Below are positions 10,171-20,843 of a stretch of DNA of 64,000 nt, piece by piece. The stretch is from assembly GCA_965219575.1 (NCBI GenBank), contig OZ244779.1, positions 1,004,769-1,068,768 on the forward strand, given 5' to 3'. The notes under the pieces are model-generated. The model worked only from the letters and a program-made list of their open reading frames with translations. It did not search any database and was not told the DNA's origin. The stretch comes from Candidatus Oxydemutatoraceae bacterium (lineage in GTDB: Bacteria; Pseudomonadota; Gammaproteobacteria; Poriferisulfidales; Oxydemutatoraceae). Numbering within the stretch: the stretch's first letter is position 1; each line of letters opens with the position of its first letter. Made by a program: the position numbers and the translations under genes.

Positions 10171-11026
10171 ATAGTATGGATGACCAGCTTTGCTGAAAGT
10201 TGGTTAAACTTTCATTTTAGTTCCCCTCTTGGGAGGGGTTTAATTAACCACTAAACAAAGGAGGTCATCCATGACTAGTATACTGTATGTTGGCATTGAT
10301 GTTGATGATAAGAGTTTCACTGCCACAGCCATTTCTAAACACAATAATTATCATTCCATTAAAACGCGTCCGGACTTTGCATCATTGCATAAGGCAATCA
10401 CCAAAATCGCTTTGCCGGATGAACAGATCAAAGTCTGTTATGAGGCGAGCTATTTAGGCTTTTCATTAAAGCGACAATTTGATGCTCTGGGCATTCACTG
10501 CACGCCGCACCGGTGGTTGAGTAAGCTCGCTAAGCAAGAGGCTGCCAGATAGAGTTCTGAGAGACCGAGGGAGTTGAAGCTAAAGTCAATGACAAGTTCC
10601 GAACTTAGATGCCGTCCTAGAGTGTTCGCCCATAGTAAACTGCCATGCGTGGCAAGGCAACTGACCGTAGATTAAGGGGCACAGTTCATCCAATTGACTT
10701 ATCATATGGTAATGTGAAAACAGAGTACACGAATATGAGGTTGATAATACTGACTCATTAGTTGAGTACTTTAGCGGCACTTCGTTCTGTCTCTCATCGG
10801 CATAGCATGATGCCGTTAACAAAGAGATAAAGCAGGTGCACGAAAGCCGCCACGGCAAGTGGCGCATACACATACATAAGGCATGCTTTAAGAGGGGTGG
10901 CGCATTGCTATCGCTCGCTCCTTGTTGGCATCATCTGTGCCGTCATTTAACCTTTGAGTTCTGGTGACTTTTGGGAATGTAGACTTCGGTAAAAATTTAA
11001 CTTGACAAGCTGGTCATCCATATGAG
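10171..11026 (+). mobile_element. internally deleted IS110-family (IS1111 group) element
   Basis: Perfect 16-bp subterminal inverted repeats TATGGATGACCAGCTT (10175-10190) and AAGCTGGTCATCCATA (11007-11022); internal copy GGTCATCCAT overlapping the start codon; TTGACA at 11002; long 3' non-coding end. Confidence 0.85.
10271..10552 (+). pseudogene. IS110 transposase, N-terminal DEDD (RuvC-like) fragment only
   Basis: YVGIDV..K, VCYEASYLGFSL.RQ....GI.C; 93 aa, C-terminal domain absent; AAGGAGG RBS. Confidence 0.88.
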
Positions 11027-11163
11027 GGGCTTATATGTCCGCCCGAACACGCGTCGTGTTAGCATAAATAAAATCGTACGCCATCCAATTCATGAAACCA
11101 AAACCATCCAGCGCAAGCGGTTACGGCTTTACAGAACGGCACTTAAGGGCAGACATCAGAGTT

Positions 11164-11190
11164 GCCGATTGACCTACCGGCTCAATCGGC
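11164..11190 (+). repeat. family P palindrome
   Basis: GCCGATTGACCTACCGGCTCAATCGGC. Confidence 0.85.
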
Positions 11191-11402
11191 GGCTTTATAC
11201 TGCCCCTACAGGTGGTTTGGGTAATTAGGGGGCGCAAGCGGTTGGACTTGTGCAATGCCCGCACTTTTTCAACAGCCCCACGACACAACCACCCCATAAA
11301 AAGGCTTTACATTTTGTAAACATGTTAAATCTGCATAACATCACGCCGATTGAGCCAATAGTTTAATTAGAGATGATACAATTATCTTTTTATGAGGATG
11401 CA

Positions 11403-11684
11403 ATGGACAACAAAGATTTAGAAAAGTTAGCCAAGCTGGCTCGTTTGAAAATAGCAGACGGCGAACACGAAGCGTTGGTAAATTCCCTCAACGAGATATT
11501 GGGTTTTGTGGAACGTTTGAATACCGCGGAAATAGAAGACATAGTGCCGCTTTCTCATCCCTTGGATATGCATCAAAGGTTGCGGTCGGACGAGGTCGCA
11601 GAACCCGACGAGTCCGAGCGGTTGCAAGAAATTGCACCCGATTGGCACGATAGTTTCTATACCGTTCCCAAAGTATTGGATTAG
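11403..11684 (+). CDS. gatC: Asp/Glu-tRNA amidotransferase subunit C
   Basis: [27 protein letters not shown]; ATG 11403 has a GAGGA RBS. Confidence 0.96.
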   Translation: MDNKDLEKLAKLARLKIADGEHEALVNSLNEILGFVERLNTAEIEDIVPLSHPLDMHQRLRSDEVAEPDESERLQEIAPDWHDSFYTVPKVLD

Positions 11685-11691
11685 GATTTTA

Positions 11692-13152
11692 ATGCTGGGC
11701 TATACACTAACCGAACTTGCCCGAGGACTACGCAAGGGTGATTTTTCAAGCACCGAACTGACCCGTTTTTTTCTTGACCGCATTGAAAATCACAACGACA
11801 CCTTAAATGCGTTTATCACGGTGACCGCCGACCAAGCGTTGCAATGTGCCGAACTAGCCGATCGGCAATCGTACGACGAGCAAACCCACCCTTTACACGG
11901 CATCCCGTTTGCGCATAAAGATTTATTTTGCACTCGCGGTGTGCGTACCAGCTGTGCTTCCAGAATGCTCGATAATTTTATTGCCCCCTACGATGCAACC
12001 GTAACAACCAAATTAAAACAGCTTTGCATGCCGATGCTGGGCAAGACCAACATGGATGAATTCGCAATGGGTTCTTCGACCGAAACCGGTTTTTACGGTG
12101 CGGTGCATAATCCTTGGGACGAGGACTGCGTGCCGGGGGGTTCCTCAGGTGGATCGGCAGCGGCGGTTGCCGCCTCGTTGGCACCGTGTGCAACGGCAAC
12201 CGATACAGGAGGCTCCATCAGACAGCCGGCAGCATTTTGCGGCATCACCGGAATCAAACCCACCTACGGGCGAGTCTCGCGCTACGGCATGGTTGCTTAT
12301 GCTTCCAGTTTGGATCAAGCCGGCGTGTTGGCGCGCAGTGCCGAGGATTGTGCGTTATTGTTGCAAGCCATCGCCGGTTTTGACGAGAAAGATTCTACCA
12401 GCACTTCGCACCCGGTACCCGATTATGCACAGGCTTTGGGTGACGGACTCAAAGGTTTGCGTATCGGTGTGCCGCAGGAATATCTGTCCGAGGATTTGGC
12501 ACCGCAGATTGCCGACAATGTCGTTGAAGCGATAGCGGTATTCAAAGACCTGGGATGTGAGATTGTGGATTTGAATCTACCGGCACTGGATTATGCGGTA
12601 GCCGCCTACTATATCATTGCGCCGGCCGAATGTTCGTCTAATCTGGCGCGCTACGACGGGGTACGCTACGGCTATAGATGTAAGGACGCACACGATCTGT
12701 CGGATTTGTATACCCGTTCACGCGCCGAAGGTTTCGGAGACGAGACCAAGCGCCGTATTCTAATCGGCACCTATGTATTGTCGGCAGGTTATTACGATGC
12801 GTATTATTTGAAAGCGCAAAAGGTGCGGCGCCTAATCAGAGACGATTTTATGAACGCTTTGGAAAAAACCGATGCGTTAATCGCCCCGGTATCGCCGACC
12901 ACCGCATTTAAGATAGGAGAGAAAATCTCCGATCCGGTGACGATGTATTTATCCGACATCTATACGATTGCGGTGAACTTGGCAGGGGTGCCGGCGATTG
13001 CTTTGCCTTCCGGCTTTATCGACAATAAACCGTTGAGCGTACAATTAATAGGTAGACATTTCGACGAACTTACTTTGTTTAAGCTGGCGCATCGCTATCA
13101 ACAACAAACCGACTGGCATCGGACGATGCCCGAACACTATAAAAACGCATGA
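11692..13152 (+). CDS. gatA: Asp/Glu-tRNA amidotransferase subunit A
   Basis: [43 protein letters not shown]; ATG 11692 after gatC stop. Confidence 0.98.
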   Translation: MLGYTLTELARGLRKGDFSSTELTRFFLDRIENHNDTLNAFITVTADQALQCAELADRQSYDEQTHPLHGIPFAHKDLFCTRGVRTSCASRMLDNFIAPYDATVTTKLKQLCMPMLGKTNMDEFAMGSSTETGFYGAVHNPWDEDCVPGGSSGGSAAAVAASLAPCATATDTGGSIRQPAAFCGITGIKPTYGRVSRYGMVAYASSLDQAGVLARSAEDCALLLQAIAGFDEKDSTSTSHPVPDYAQALGDGLKGLRIGVPQEYLSEDLAPQIADNVVEAIAVFKDLGCEIVDLNLPALDYAVAAYYIIAPAECSSNLARYDGVRYGYRCKDAHDLSDLYTRSRAEGFGDETKRRILIGTYVLSAGYYDAYYLKAQKVRRLIRDDFMNALEKTDALIAPVSPTTAFKIGEKISDPVTMYLSDIYTIAVNLAGVPAIALPSGFIDNKPLSVQLIGRHFDELTLFKLAHRYQQQTDWHRTMPEHYKNA

Positions 13153-14594
13153 ATACCGATCATTGGCAAGCGACCATCGGTCTAGAAATACACATGCAGC
13201 TCAACACTCGTAGCAAGCTGTTCTCGGCTGCCGAAGTGCGTTACGGCGGCAAAGCGAATACGCGTACATGCATGATTGACGCGGCATTGCCCGGAGTATT
13301 GCCGGTTGCCAACGAGGCTGCAATAGATATGGCAATCGCTTTCGGCTTGGCGGTTGAAGGCAATATCGCTACCACCACCGTGTTTGCCCGCAAAAATTAT
13401 TTTTATCCGGATTTACCTAAGGGCTATCAGATTAGTCAATACGAAAACCCGATAGTTTCCGGGGGGCGCGTTCCGATTGAATTGGAGGACGGCAGCGTTC
13501 GCTATATCTTGTTGGAGCGCGCACATTTGGAAGAAGATGCCGGCAAGTTGATTCACGGCACCTACGGAGAACTCAGTTGTGTAGATCTAAATCGCGCCGG
13601 GACGGTCTTGATAGAAATAGTTTCAAAGCCGGTGATGACCAGTGCCGGTGAAGCGGTTGCGTATATGAAGCAAATACATGCGATAGGGTGTTACTTGGAC
13701 ATTTGCGACGGCAATATGCAGGAAGGTTCGCTGCGCTGCGATGCCAATGTGTCTATCCGAGCAAAAGGAGACGACAAACTGGGTGTTCGCACCGAGACCA
13801 AAAATCTAAACTCGTTCCGCTTTATAGAAAAAGCCATACTGTATGAGATCGATCGTCAGATCGAGGTACTGGAACACGGCGGACGGGTTGTGCAAGAAAC
13901 CCGACTATACGACCCGGCGTTGGATGAGACGCGGGTGCTACGCAGCAAAGAGGAGGCCGAAGACTATCGCTATTTTCCCGACCCCGACCTGTTGCCGCTA
14001 CGGTTGAGCGATGAACGGATTGAAGTGCTGCGCGAGCGTCTTCCGGAATTAAAACATAGCCGATGCCGAAGGTTTAGCGAAGACTACGGCTTGAGTAAAG
14101 ACGATGCCGAACAGCTGACCAAAACAAAAGCAACGGCGGATTATTTTGAACGATGTGTCGATCTATCCGCCGCCGAACCTAAATTAATTGCGAATTGGAT
14201 GACCACCCGGTTTGCCGCGCTGTTGAACCGAGATAAACTCGGTGTAGAAGACGCGCCTATAAGACCCGAGGACCTCGGCGAACTTTTAGACAACATAGCC
14301 GAGCAGAAGATATCCGCCAATAACGCAAAAGCCGTACTGGAAAAAATGTGGGCGGAAAAACGTTCTGCCGAAGATGTGATAGACGAACTGGGATTGGAAC
14401 AAATCGGCGATGACTCGCAACTCGACGACATCGTCGATGAAATACTACGGGATAATCCTGAACAAGTGCAACAATACCTCTCGGGTAAGGAGAAAGTATT
14501 TGCTTATTTTATCGGGCAAGCGATGAAAGCCAGCAAAGGGAAAGCCAACCCCGGCAAACTGTCCGAGTTATTCAAAGCGCGTCTCAAAATGTAG
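13149..14594 (+). CDS. gatB: Asp/Glu-tRNA amidotransferase subunit B
   Basis: [49 protein letters not shown]. Confidence 0.98.
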   Translation: MNTDHWQATIGLEIHMQLNTRSKLFSAAEVRYGGKANTRTCMIDAALPGVLPVANEAAIDMAIAFGLAVEGNIATTTVFARKNYFYPDLPKGYQISQYENPIVSGGRVPIELEDGSVRYILLERAHLEEDAGKLIHGTYGELSCVDLNRAGTVLIEIVSKPVMTSAGEAVAYMKQIHAIGCYLDICDGNMQEGSLRCDANVSIRAKGDDKLGVRTETKNLNSFRFIEKAILYEIDRQIEVLEHGGRVVQETRLYDPALDETRVLRSKEEAEDYRYFPDPDLLPLRLSDERIEVLRERLPELKHSRCRRFSEDYGLSKDDAEQLTKTKATADYFERCVDLSAAEPKLIANWMTTRFAALLNRDKLGVEDAPIRPEDLGELLDNIAEQKISANNAKAVLEKMWAEKRSAEDVIDELGLEQIGDDSQLDDIVDEILRDNPEQVQQYLSGKEKVFAYFIGQAMKASKGKANPGKLSELFKARLKM

Positions 14595-15080
14595 GGGCGG
14601 ACTGGCATGTCCGCCCTAAAGTTTAGTACTAGCACAAACCCAACCGCTTGCCACATAATTATAATAACCATTTGTAGGGACCGACCAACGTGACGTTGTT
14701 CAGACCTCGAAATTTGTAGGGGCGGACTAACATGTCCGCCCTAAAGTTTAGTACTAGCACAAACCCAACCGCTTGCCACATAATTATAATAACCATTTGT
14801 AGGGACCGACCAACGTGACGTTGTTCAGACCTCGAAATTTGTAGGGGCGGACTAACATGTCCGCCCTAAAGTTTAGTACTAGCACAAACCCAACCGCTTG
14901 CCACATAATTATAATAACCATTTGTAGGGACCGACCAACGTGACGTTGTTCAGACCTCGAAATTTGTAGGGGCGGACTAACATGTCCGCCCTAAAGTTTA
15001 GTACTAGCACAAACCCAACCGCTTGCGCCACATAATTATAATAACCATTTGTAGGGACAGAATGGTGCGCTCCTACAAAG
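14591..15080 (+). repeat. 125-bp tandem repeat, about 3.7 near-identical copies, each starting with a GTAG REP hairpin (BIME-like)
   Basis: Unit starts at 14591, 14716, 14841 and 14966 with GTAGGGGCGGACT(G/A)(G/A)CATGTCCGCCC. Confidence 0.95.
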
Positions 15081-15111
15081 GGATTTTTTAGTTACCTTGT
15101 ATAATTGCGTC

Positions 15112-18100
15112 ATGCTTTTAGTCCATAATTATGAACCGCAATCATACGAACAACAACGTCTATTGAAACAACTGCGGTTTATAGACCGCAACATCATCGG
15201 CATAGAAGTTGCCGAACTTTATTTTCTGCTGTCCAAAGACGATACTGCCGAGACCATAGATATAGCGAAGGTATACAGTCTGTTGGATATTCAAGACACA
15301 CACGGTGGGCAGGGGTGGCCGTGGCCGTCCGAGATAGATAATCTGCTTTATGTTGTTCCGCGGCAAGGAACGATTTCGTCTTGGTCCAGCAAAGCGACCG
15401 ATATTTTCAATATATGCAATATGGATTCGGTTGCTCGGGTAGAGCGCGGTTTTTGTTATCGTTTGCAGTTGGCTGCACGGAAATTTACATATAGCGATGC
15501 GATAAAAGCGCAGTTGCACGACCGTATGGTGGAGACGGTTTACTCCACTCGCAAAGAGATAGACGCTTGGTTGACCGCCGCACGATTACACGGGAATACG
15601 CTTCAAAACAAAAAGGTCGATAACCGGACAGCGGCTATTCGGCATCGTCAAACACTGGTCTCGGCACAGCGTATATCGACTTTCGTGAACGAGAACGCGA
15701 ACGGTTTAGGTTTATCGGAAGCCGAACTATCCCGATTTGCAAAATACTATATCGGGGTTGAGCGCATGCCTACCGACACCGAGTTAATGATGTACGCGCA
15801 AGTCAATTCGGAACATTGTAGACACAAGCTATTCAATGCACATTGGCTACTGGATTCAAAACTTCAAGAGCAAACATTGTTCGAGATGATAAAGAGTACT
15901 CGCCACGCGCTCGATAATGTTGTATCGGCTTACGAAGACAACGCTTCGGTCATTCGGCATGGCGCAAGTATCAATCGTTTGCAAATAGATCCGTCTCATA
16001 GGCACTATGTTTACGGCAACGAGGAACGGTTTTATTCGATCAAAGTGGAGACCCATAATCACCCGACGGCGATCTCTCCGTTTCCGGGTGCGGCAACCGG
16101 GTCGGGTGGTGAGATCAGGGATGAGAGCGCAACCGGACAGGGTGGATGTCCGCGCATGGGTTTGGTCGGTTTTAGCTTGTCAAACCTTCGTATTCCCGGT
16201 TTTGAACAACCTTGGGAAGATGCGCCGGTATATCCCGCACACATTGCGTCACCGTTGCAAATAATTAGCGAAGGTCCGCTCGGTGCCGCCCGTTTCAACA
16301 ACGAGTTCGGTCGCCCTTGCGTGTGTGGTTATTTTAGAACCTACGAGGGACAAGCCGAGACCTACAGATGGGGATATCACAAGCCGATCATGATTGCCGG
16401 CGGCTTAGGGAGTATATGCAAGGAACATATCGCCAAGCAGCATTTCGATGCCGATACACCCTTGGTTGTTTTCGGTGGTCCGGCGATGCGTATCGGCTTA
16501 GGCGGCGGGTCGGCATCTTCGGTCGGTGGCGGTAGTGCTTCGCACGAATTGGATTTTGCATCGGTGCAACGCGATAACGCCGAGATGCAACGTCGTTGTC
16601 AAGGTGTGATAGAACGGTGCATCGAAGAGTCGAATAATCCGATACACGCGATACACGATGTAGGTGCCGGCGGGCTTGCCAATGCGCTACCCGAGTTGGC
16701 ACACGGTGCGGGGAGAGGGGCGCATATAGACTTGCGTGCGATTCCGTGTGCCGACGACACCTTGTCGCCGATGGAGATTTGGTGTAACGAATCGCAGGAA
16801 CGATATGTTGCGGCAATAGATAAGCATTTGTTGGATAGGTTCAAGGCGTTTTGTGCACGTGAGCGATGCCCTATGGCGGTAGTCGGACGAGCAGTGCCGG
16901 AGCAGATTCTGGTATTGGAGGATCGCCTCTATCCCGAAGGCACCGCGCAGCGTATGCCGGTGAATATACCGATGGCGGTGTTGTTTGAAAAACCGTCCGA
17001 CGATCAACGTCCGCTAAAGCAAATAACCCGCACGCCTACGGTTCCTTGTCAATGGCAAGATATAGACCTCAACGATGCGATTGAACGAGTACTCAAAATG
17101 CCTGCGGTTGCCTCGAAGTCTTTTTTGATCACTATCGGCGACCGTAGCGTAACCGGTTTGATACATCGCGACCAGATGGTGGGGCCGTGGCAAGTACCGG
17201 TTTCCGATGTTGCGGTATCGTTGATTGATTATACCGGGAATGGCGGTGAGGCGATGGCGATGGGAGAGCGCACGCCCGTTGCGGTACTCGACGCAGCGGC
17301 ATCCGGACGGCTTGCGGTTGCCGAGGCGATATTGAATATATCGGCGGCCGACATACGCGAATTAAATCATATCTGTTTTTCGGCAAATTGGATGGCAGCG
17401 TGCGACTCGGCGGAACAAAGGTTCGATCTTTACAACACGGTGAAGGCGGTGACGGATCTGTGTAAAGCACTTCGTATCGCAGTACCGGTCGGTAAGGATT
17501 CTCTATCGATGCAAACCCGTTGGCAAGACGCAAGGCAACATTACCAAGTCAACTCGCCGGTATCGCTCATAGTCTCCGCTTTTGCACCGGTCGCATGCGT
17601 AAAAGATACTTTGACTCCACAGCTCGATACCCGATCATCGGCGAATCGCATTTTTCTGATCGATGTGTCGGGCGGGGATCATCGCTTGGGTGGTTCGTGC
17701 TTGATGCAAGCGTATAAACGGGAAGCGGAACCGCCCGATTTGGATAACCCGCAACGGCTGATCGATTTTTTTGAGTTGATGCGCGAATTGCGTGATGGCC
17801 GTACTGCCGATCGTAGAGATTGTCGCATACTGGCTTACCACGACCGTTCGGATGGTGGCTTGCTGGTTGCATTGATGGAGATGGCATTTGCGGCACATTG
17901 TGGTGTGCGTTGCGAGTTGAACGAGCAAGACGAATTGCTACCGGCATTATTCGGCGAGGCACCCGGTGTGCTGATACAGATCAGCGAAGACGGCACCGAG
18001 CAAATGTACGAACTTATAGAACGATATAAGGATACATTGAGGGTTCGCGAGATCGCTCACATTTTGGAAAAGAAGAACTTTGAAGTACACCACAAGGATC

Positions 18101-19095
18101 AATCGTGGGTTTGGGATTTGATGCATCTGAAACGATGGTGGAGCGAGACCGGCATGCATATACAAGCATTGCGCGATGATCCGCAATGTGCCGAAGAGGA
18201 AATGGATACTTTGTGCGATGCACATAATCCGGGTTTGCGCGCCGAATGGGATTTTGCTCTGCCCGATGATTCGAACTATGAGCCTACGACCTCGTTTGAT
18301 GCACAGAGTTTTGCTATCAAAGCCGAAAAACCCAAAGTCGCTATCCTCAGAGAGCAAGGTGTCAACGGTCATAAAGAGATGGCGGCAGCATTCGAGCAGG
18401 CAGGTTTTGCCGCCTACGACATACACATGAACGATTTGATCAACGGCGAGGCAGACCTGAAGTGTTTTCAAGGTTTGGCTGCCTGTGGGGGTTTCTCTTA
18501 CGGAGATGTGTTGGGGGCAGGTGCGGGTTGGGCACATTCTATATTGATGCACGACCGTAGCCGAGAAACCTTTGCAGAATTTTTCAACCGCACCGATACC
18601 TTTACATTCGGTGTTTGCAACGGCTGTCAAATGCTATCGCGTATCAAGGACATCATTCCCGGTGCCTCACATTGGCCGGTATTTGTGCGCAACCGTTCAA
18701 AGCAATTTGAAGCGCGCTTGGTAAAAGTAGAGATAACACCTTCACCGTCGGTATTGTTGGCAGAGATGGTCGGTGCCCGTTTGCCGATAGTTGTTTCTCA
18801 CGGAGAAGGCCGAGTGCTATTCACCGCCGAACAAACAGCGGAGCATGCAATTCCGTACACATGCCTGCGTTATATAGATAACTACGACCGTAGCACCGAA
18901 CATTATCCTGCCAACCCCAACGGTAGCCGACAAGGCATGACATCGTTTTGCAATACTGACGGTCGGGTAACGATTATGATGCCTCACCCCGAACGCCTAT
19001 TCAGAACCGACCAATACTCGTGGCACGATTCCGAATGGGAACACCTTGCACCGTGGTTCGGATTGTTCCGTAATGCCTATAAATTTTGTAGCTGA
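15112..19095 (+). CDS. purL: phosphoribosylformylglycinamidine synthase (large type)
   Basis: NSEHCRHK, KVETHNHPT, GAATGSGGEIRDE, HDVGAGG, GVCNGCQ, MPHPER; ATG 15112 preferred over TTG 15097. Confidence 0.98.
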   Translation: MLLVHNYEPQSYEQQRLLKQLRFIDRNIIGIEVAELYFLLSKDDTAETIDIAKVYSLLDIQDTHGGQGWPWPSEIDNLLYVVPRQGTISSWSSKATDIFNICNMDSVARVERGFCYRLQLAARKFTYSDAIKAQLHDRMVETVYSTRKEIDAWLTAARLHGNTLQNKKVDNRTAAIRHRQTLVSAQRISTFVNENANGLGLSEAELSRFAKYYIGVERMPTDTELMMYAQVNSEHCRHKLFNAHWLLDSKLQEQTLFEMIKSTRHALDNVVSAYEDNASVIRHGASINRLQIDPSHRHYVYGNEERFYSIKVETHNHPTAISPFPGAATGSGGEIRDESATGQGGCPRMGLVGFSLSNLRIPGFEQPWEDAPVYPAHIASPLQIISEGPLGAARFNNEFGRPCVCGYFRTYEGQAETYRWGYHKPIMIAGGLGSICKEHIAKQHFDADTPLVVFGGPAMRIGLGGGSASSVGGGSASHELDFASVQRDNAEMQRRCQGVIERCIEESNNPIHAIHDVGAGGLANALPELAHGAGRGAHIDLRAIPCADDTLSPMEIWCNESQERYVAAIDKHLLDRFKAFCARERCPMAVVGRAVPEQILVLEDRLYPEGTAQRMPVNIPMAVLFEKPSDDQRPLKQITRTPTVPCQWQDIDLNDAIERVLKMPAVASKSFLITIGDRSVTGLIHRDQMVGPWQVPVSDVAVSLIDYTGNGGEAMAMGERTPVAVLDAAASGRLAVAEAILNISAADIRELNHICFSANWMAACDSAEQRFDLYNTVKAVTDLCKALRIAVPVGKDSLSMQTRWQDARQHYQVNSPVSLIVSAFAPVACVKDTLTPQLDTRSSANRIFLIDVSGGDHRLGGSCLMQAYKREAEPPDLDNPQRLIDFFELMRELRDGRTADRRDCRILAYHDRSDGGLLVALMEMAFAAHCGVRCELNEQDELLPALFGEAPGVLIQISEDGTEQMYELIERYKDTLRVREIAHILEKKNFEVHHKDQSWVWDLMHLKRWWSETGMHIQALRDDPQCAEEEMDTLCDAHNPGLRAEWDFALPDDSNYEPTTSFDAQSFAIKAEKPKVAILREQGVNGHKEMAAAFEQAGFAAYDIHMNDLINGEADLKCFQGLAACGGFSYGDVLGAGAGWAHSILMHDRSRETFAEFFNRTDTFTFGVCNGCQMLSRIKDIIPGASHWPVFVRNRSKQFEARLVKVEITPSPSVLLAEMVGARLPIVVSHGEGRVLFTAEQTAEHAIPYTCLRYIDNYDRSTEHYPANPNGSRQGMTSFCNTDGRVTIMMPHPERLFRTDQYSWHDSEWEHLAPWFGLFRNAYKFCS

Positions 19096-19107
19096 TTAAC
19101 TATAGCT

Positions 19108-20205
19108 ATGTCTTGTCCTATATATATTATCCATCTGAAGCGTAATCCGGAACGGCGGCTTTATATGCAAAGACAACTGGATGCCTTCGGCTTGGATTAC
19201 AGTTTTGTAGAAGTAGATGTTTTTGATAAATACGAATTGGAATCGAAGGCATACCGCATCCGTGTTGCTAGTATGTTGGAGATTGACGAGCAGGCTTTGG
19301 AAAATAAATATGCTACGGTGATAGATGATGTGAAAAATCATCGTAGAAATAAATACCATGAATTAGCGTTACTTGCTATCGGGTTGAGTCATATAAAAGT
19401 TCATAATTTGATGATAGAAAATAATCACGCGATGGCGTGTATATTAGAAGATGATGCAAAATTATTGCCGACTTTCCCCGAGGCTCTTAAAACCGCACCC
19501 GATTTAGAGTGGGATATATTACAGTTTTGTCACGAGCCTAGTTATTTTCTCTTTGCTCCATTTTTGATCCGTCATTTTTCTAGGATAGGGTTCCTAAAAC
19601 TTCCTAATCTTCGGTTATTCTTTTCTAAGAATTATGACGATATAGATAGACGGATAATCAGAGAATATGGTTTTGCTGAGCGGAAATATTCAAAGCCGGT
19701 GACCTATATAACAAAAACCATGCAACTATATCGTAATAGGCACAAAAGCATCATCAAATCTCTAATTCCCGAAATTATTATAAGTATTTTCATTCCCGGC
19801 ATCATCAGGAAATTCTTGGTTTCTAAAAGTCATTTACTACTTATAAATAACATCAGCCATACTACCGAATTGTTAAAGCTCAATACTACAATTGAACTAG
19901 GTATGTTTCCCGAGGAACCCAATCCAACCCTTATAACCGAACATCATTGCATTGCTAAGCCTAGAGGAGCAGTTGTGTCGACTACGGCGTATTTAGTAAG
20001 ACAATCGGCTATAGCCCAATGGAAACAAGAATTACTTTCCGAGAACCCTTTAGGTGTAGATCAGATTCCTTGGCAGTTATACAAAAATGAGCAAGTAAAA
20101 CTACGCATAATTAGCCCACCTTGTGCGACGGCTACTTATGGTTATCTAAAATATACAATGCGCCGTTCGGATATTCACTTTAATGTAAATAAAACAAATT
20201 TTTAG
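19108..20205 (+). CDS. glycosyltransferase family 25, array copy 1
   Basis: IYII.L.R..ERR, LSHIK, CILEDD, WDILQF, STTAYLV. Confidence 0.88.
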   Translation: MSCPIYIIHLKRNPERRLYMQRQLDAFGLDYSFVEVDVFDKYELESKAYRIRVASMLEIDEQALENKYATVIDDVKNHRRNKYHELALLAIGLSHIKVHNLMIENNHAMACILEDDAKLLPTFPEALKTAPDLEWDILQFCHEPSYFLFAPFLIRHFSRIGFLKLPNLRLFFSKNYDDIDRRIIREYGFAERKYSKPVTYITKTMQLYRNRHKSIIKSLIPEIIISIFIPGIIRKFLVSKSHLLLINNISHTTELLKLNTTIELGMFPEEPNPTLITEHHCIAKPRGAVVSTTAYLVRQSAIAQWKQELLSENPLGVDQIPWQLYKNEQVKLRIISPPCATATYGYLKYTMRRSDIHFNVNKTNF

Positions 20206-20216
20206 GTTTAATCTAA

Positions 20217-20800
20217 TGATCTTCCTCCCAAAGTGGACAAAAAAGTTGGTGGTCAGCTTATATAATTAAGCGCACTTAAGTTAACTATATTAACCGGAGA
20301 AGATATTATGGCAAGACGAGTATACACAGAAGAGTACAAGCGAGAGGCACTCGATTTAGTGAAACTTAATGGTTCCTTAAAAGGCACGGCATGGGAATTG
20401 GGAATTGCTGATCGTACCCTGCGACGCTGGGCGCGCCAATATGAGAAACCGACATCGGCAAGTGAGTTAAAGCGTGTTGAGACTATGGAGAAAGATGAGA
20501 TTATTCGTAGCCGGGACAAAAAGATCCGAGAGCTTGAAAGGAAGGTCGAGTTTTTGACCGAAACCATGGCTTTTTTTTGCCAAGAGAGAAACAAGTGAAG
20601 TATCGGTATAGAGCGACCTCGTTATCAGGACTTGAGTTTGGAGGCAACTTGCAAGATGTTAGCAGTGAGTCGTAGTGGCTACTACAAGTGGCGTAGTCAG
20701 AAGGCCGATAAGATGGCACAGGGGCATCGGGAATGTATGCAGATTAGACGCGTATGGGAAGGCAGTGGCAAGACTTATGGTTCCCCGCGTATCTATGTGG
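20217..20800 (+). mobile_element. IS3-family remnant: left IR, orfA (20308-20598), 5' fragment of orfB
   Basis: TGATCTTCCTCCCAAAGTGGACA end; HTH_Tnp_1-like YTEEYKREA..A.ELGI..TLRRW; CKMLAVSRSGYYKW..TYGSPRI then truncation. Confidence 0.9.
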
Positions 20801-20843
20801 TTGTACGATGCCGGATACCTACTGCAACTGATTAACTATAGCT

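Larger units (their letters stand above)
10141..11279. mobile_element. composite MITE-like repeat interrupted by IS1111-group remnant
   Basis: Ends GCTGCTGGAAAAGT and ACTTTTTCAACAGC are imperfect inverted repeats; uninterrupted left arm seen at 29399-29440. Confidence 0.55.

Noticed and set aside
11022-11228. RAYT transposase-like start (ETKTIQRKRLRL) next to a REP
   Set aside because: Only about 12 residues of resemblance, no HUH or Y1 motif, and it lies within a dispersed repeat; at most a decayed relic
14591-15080. Possible CRISPR array
   Set aside because: The inter-hairpin segments are identical rather than unique spacers, the period is 125 bp, and no cas genes are present
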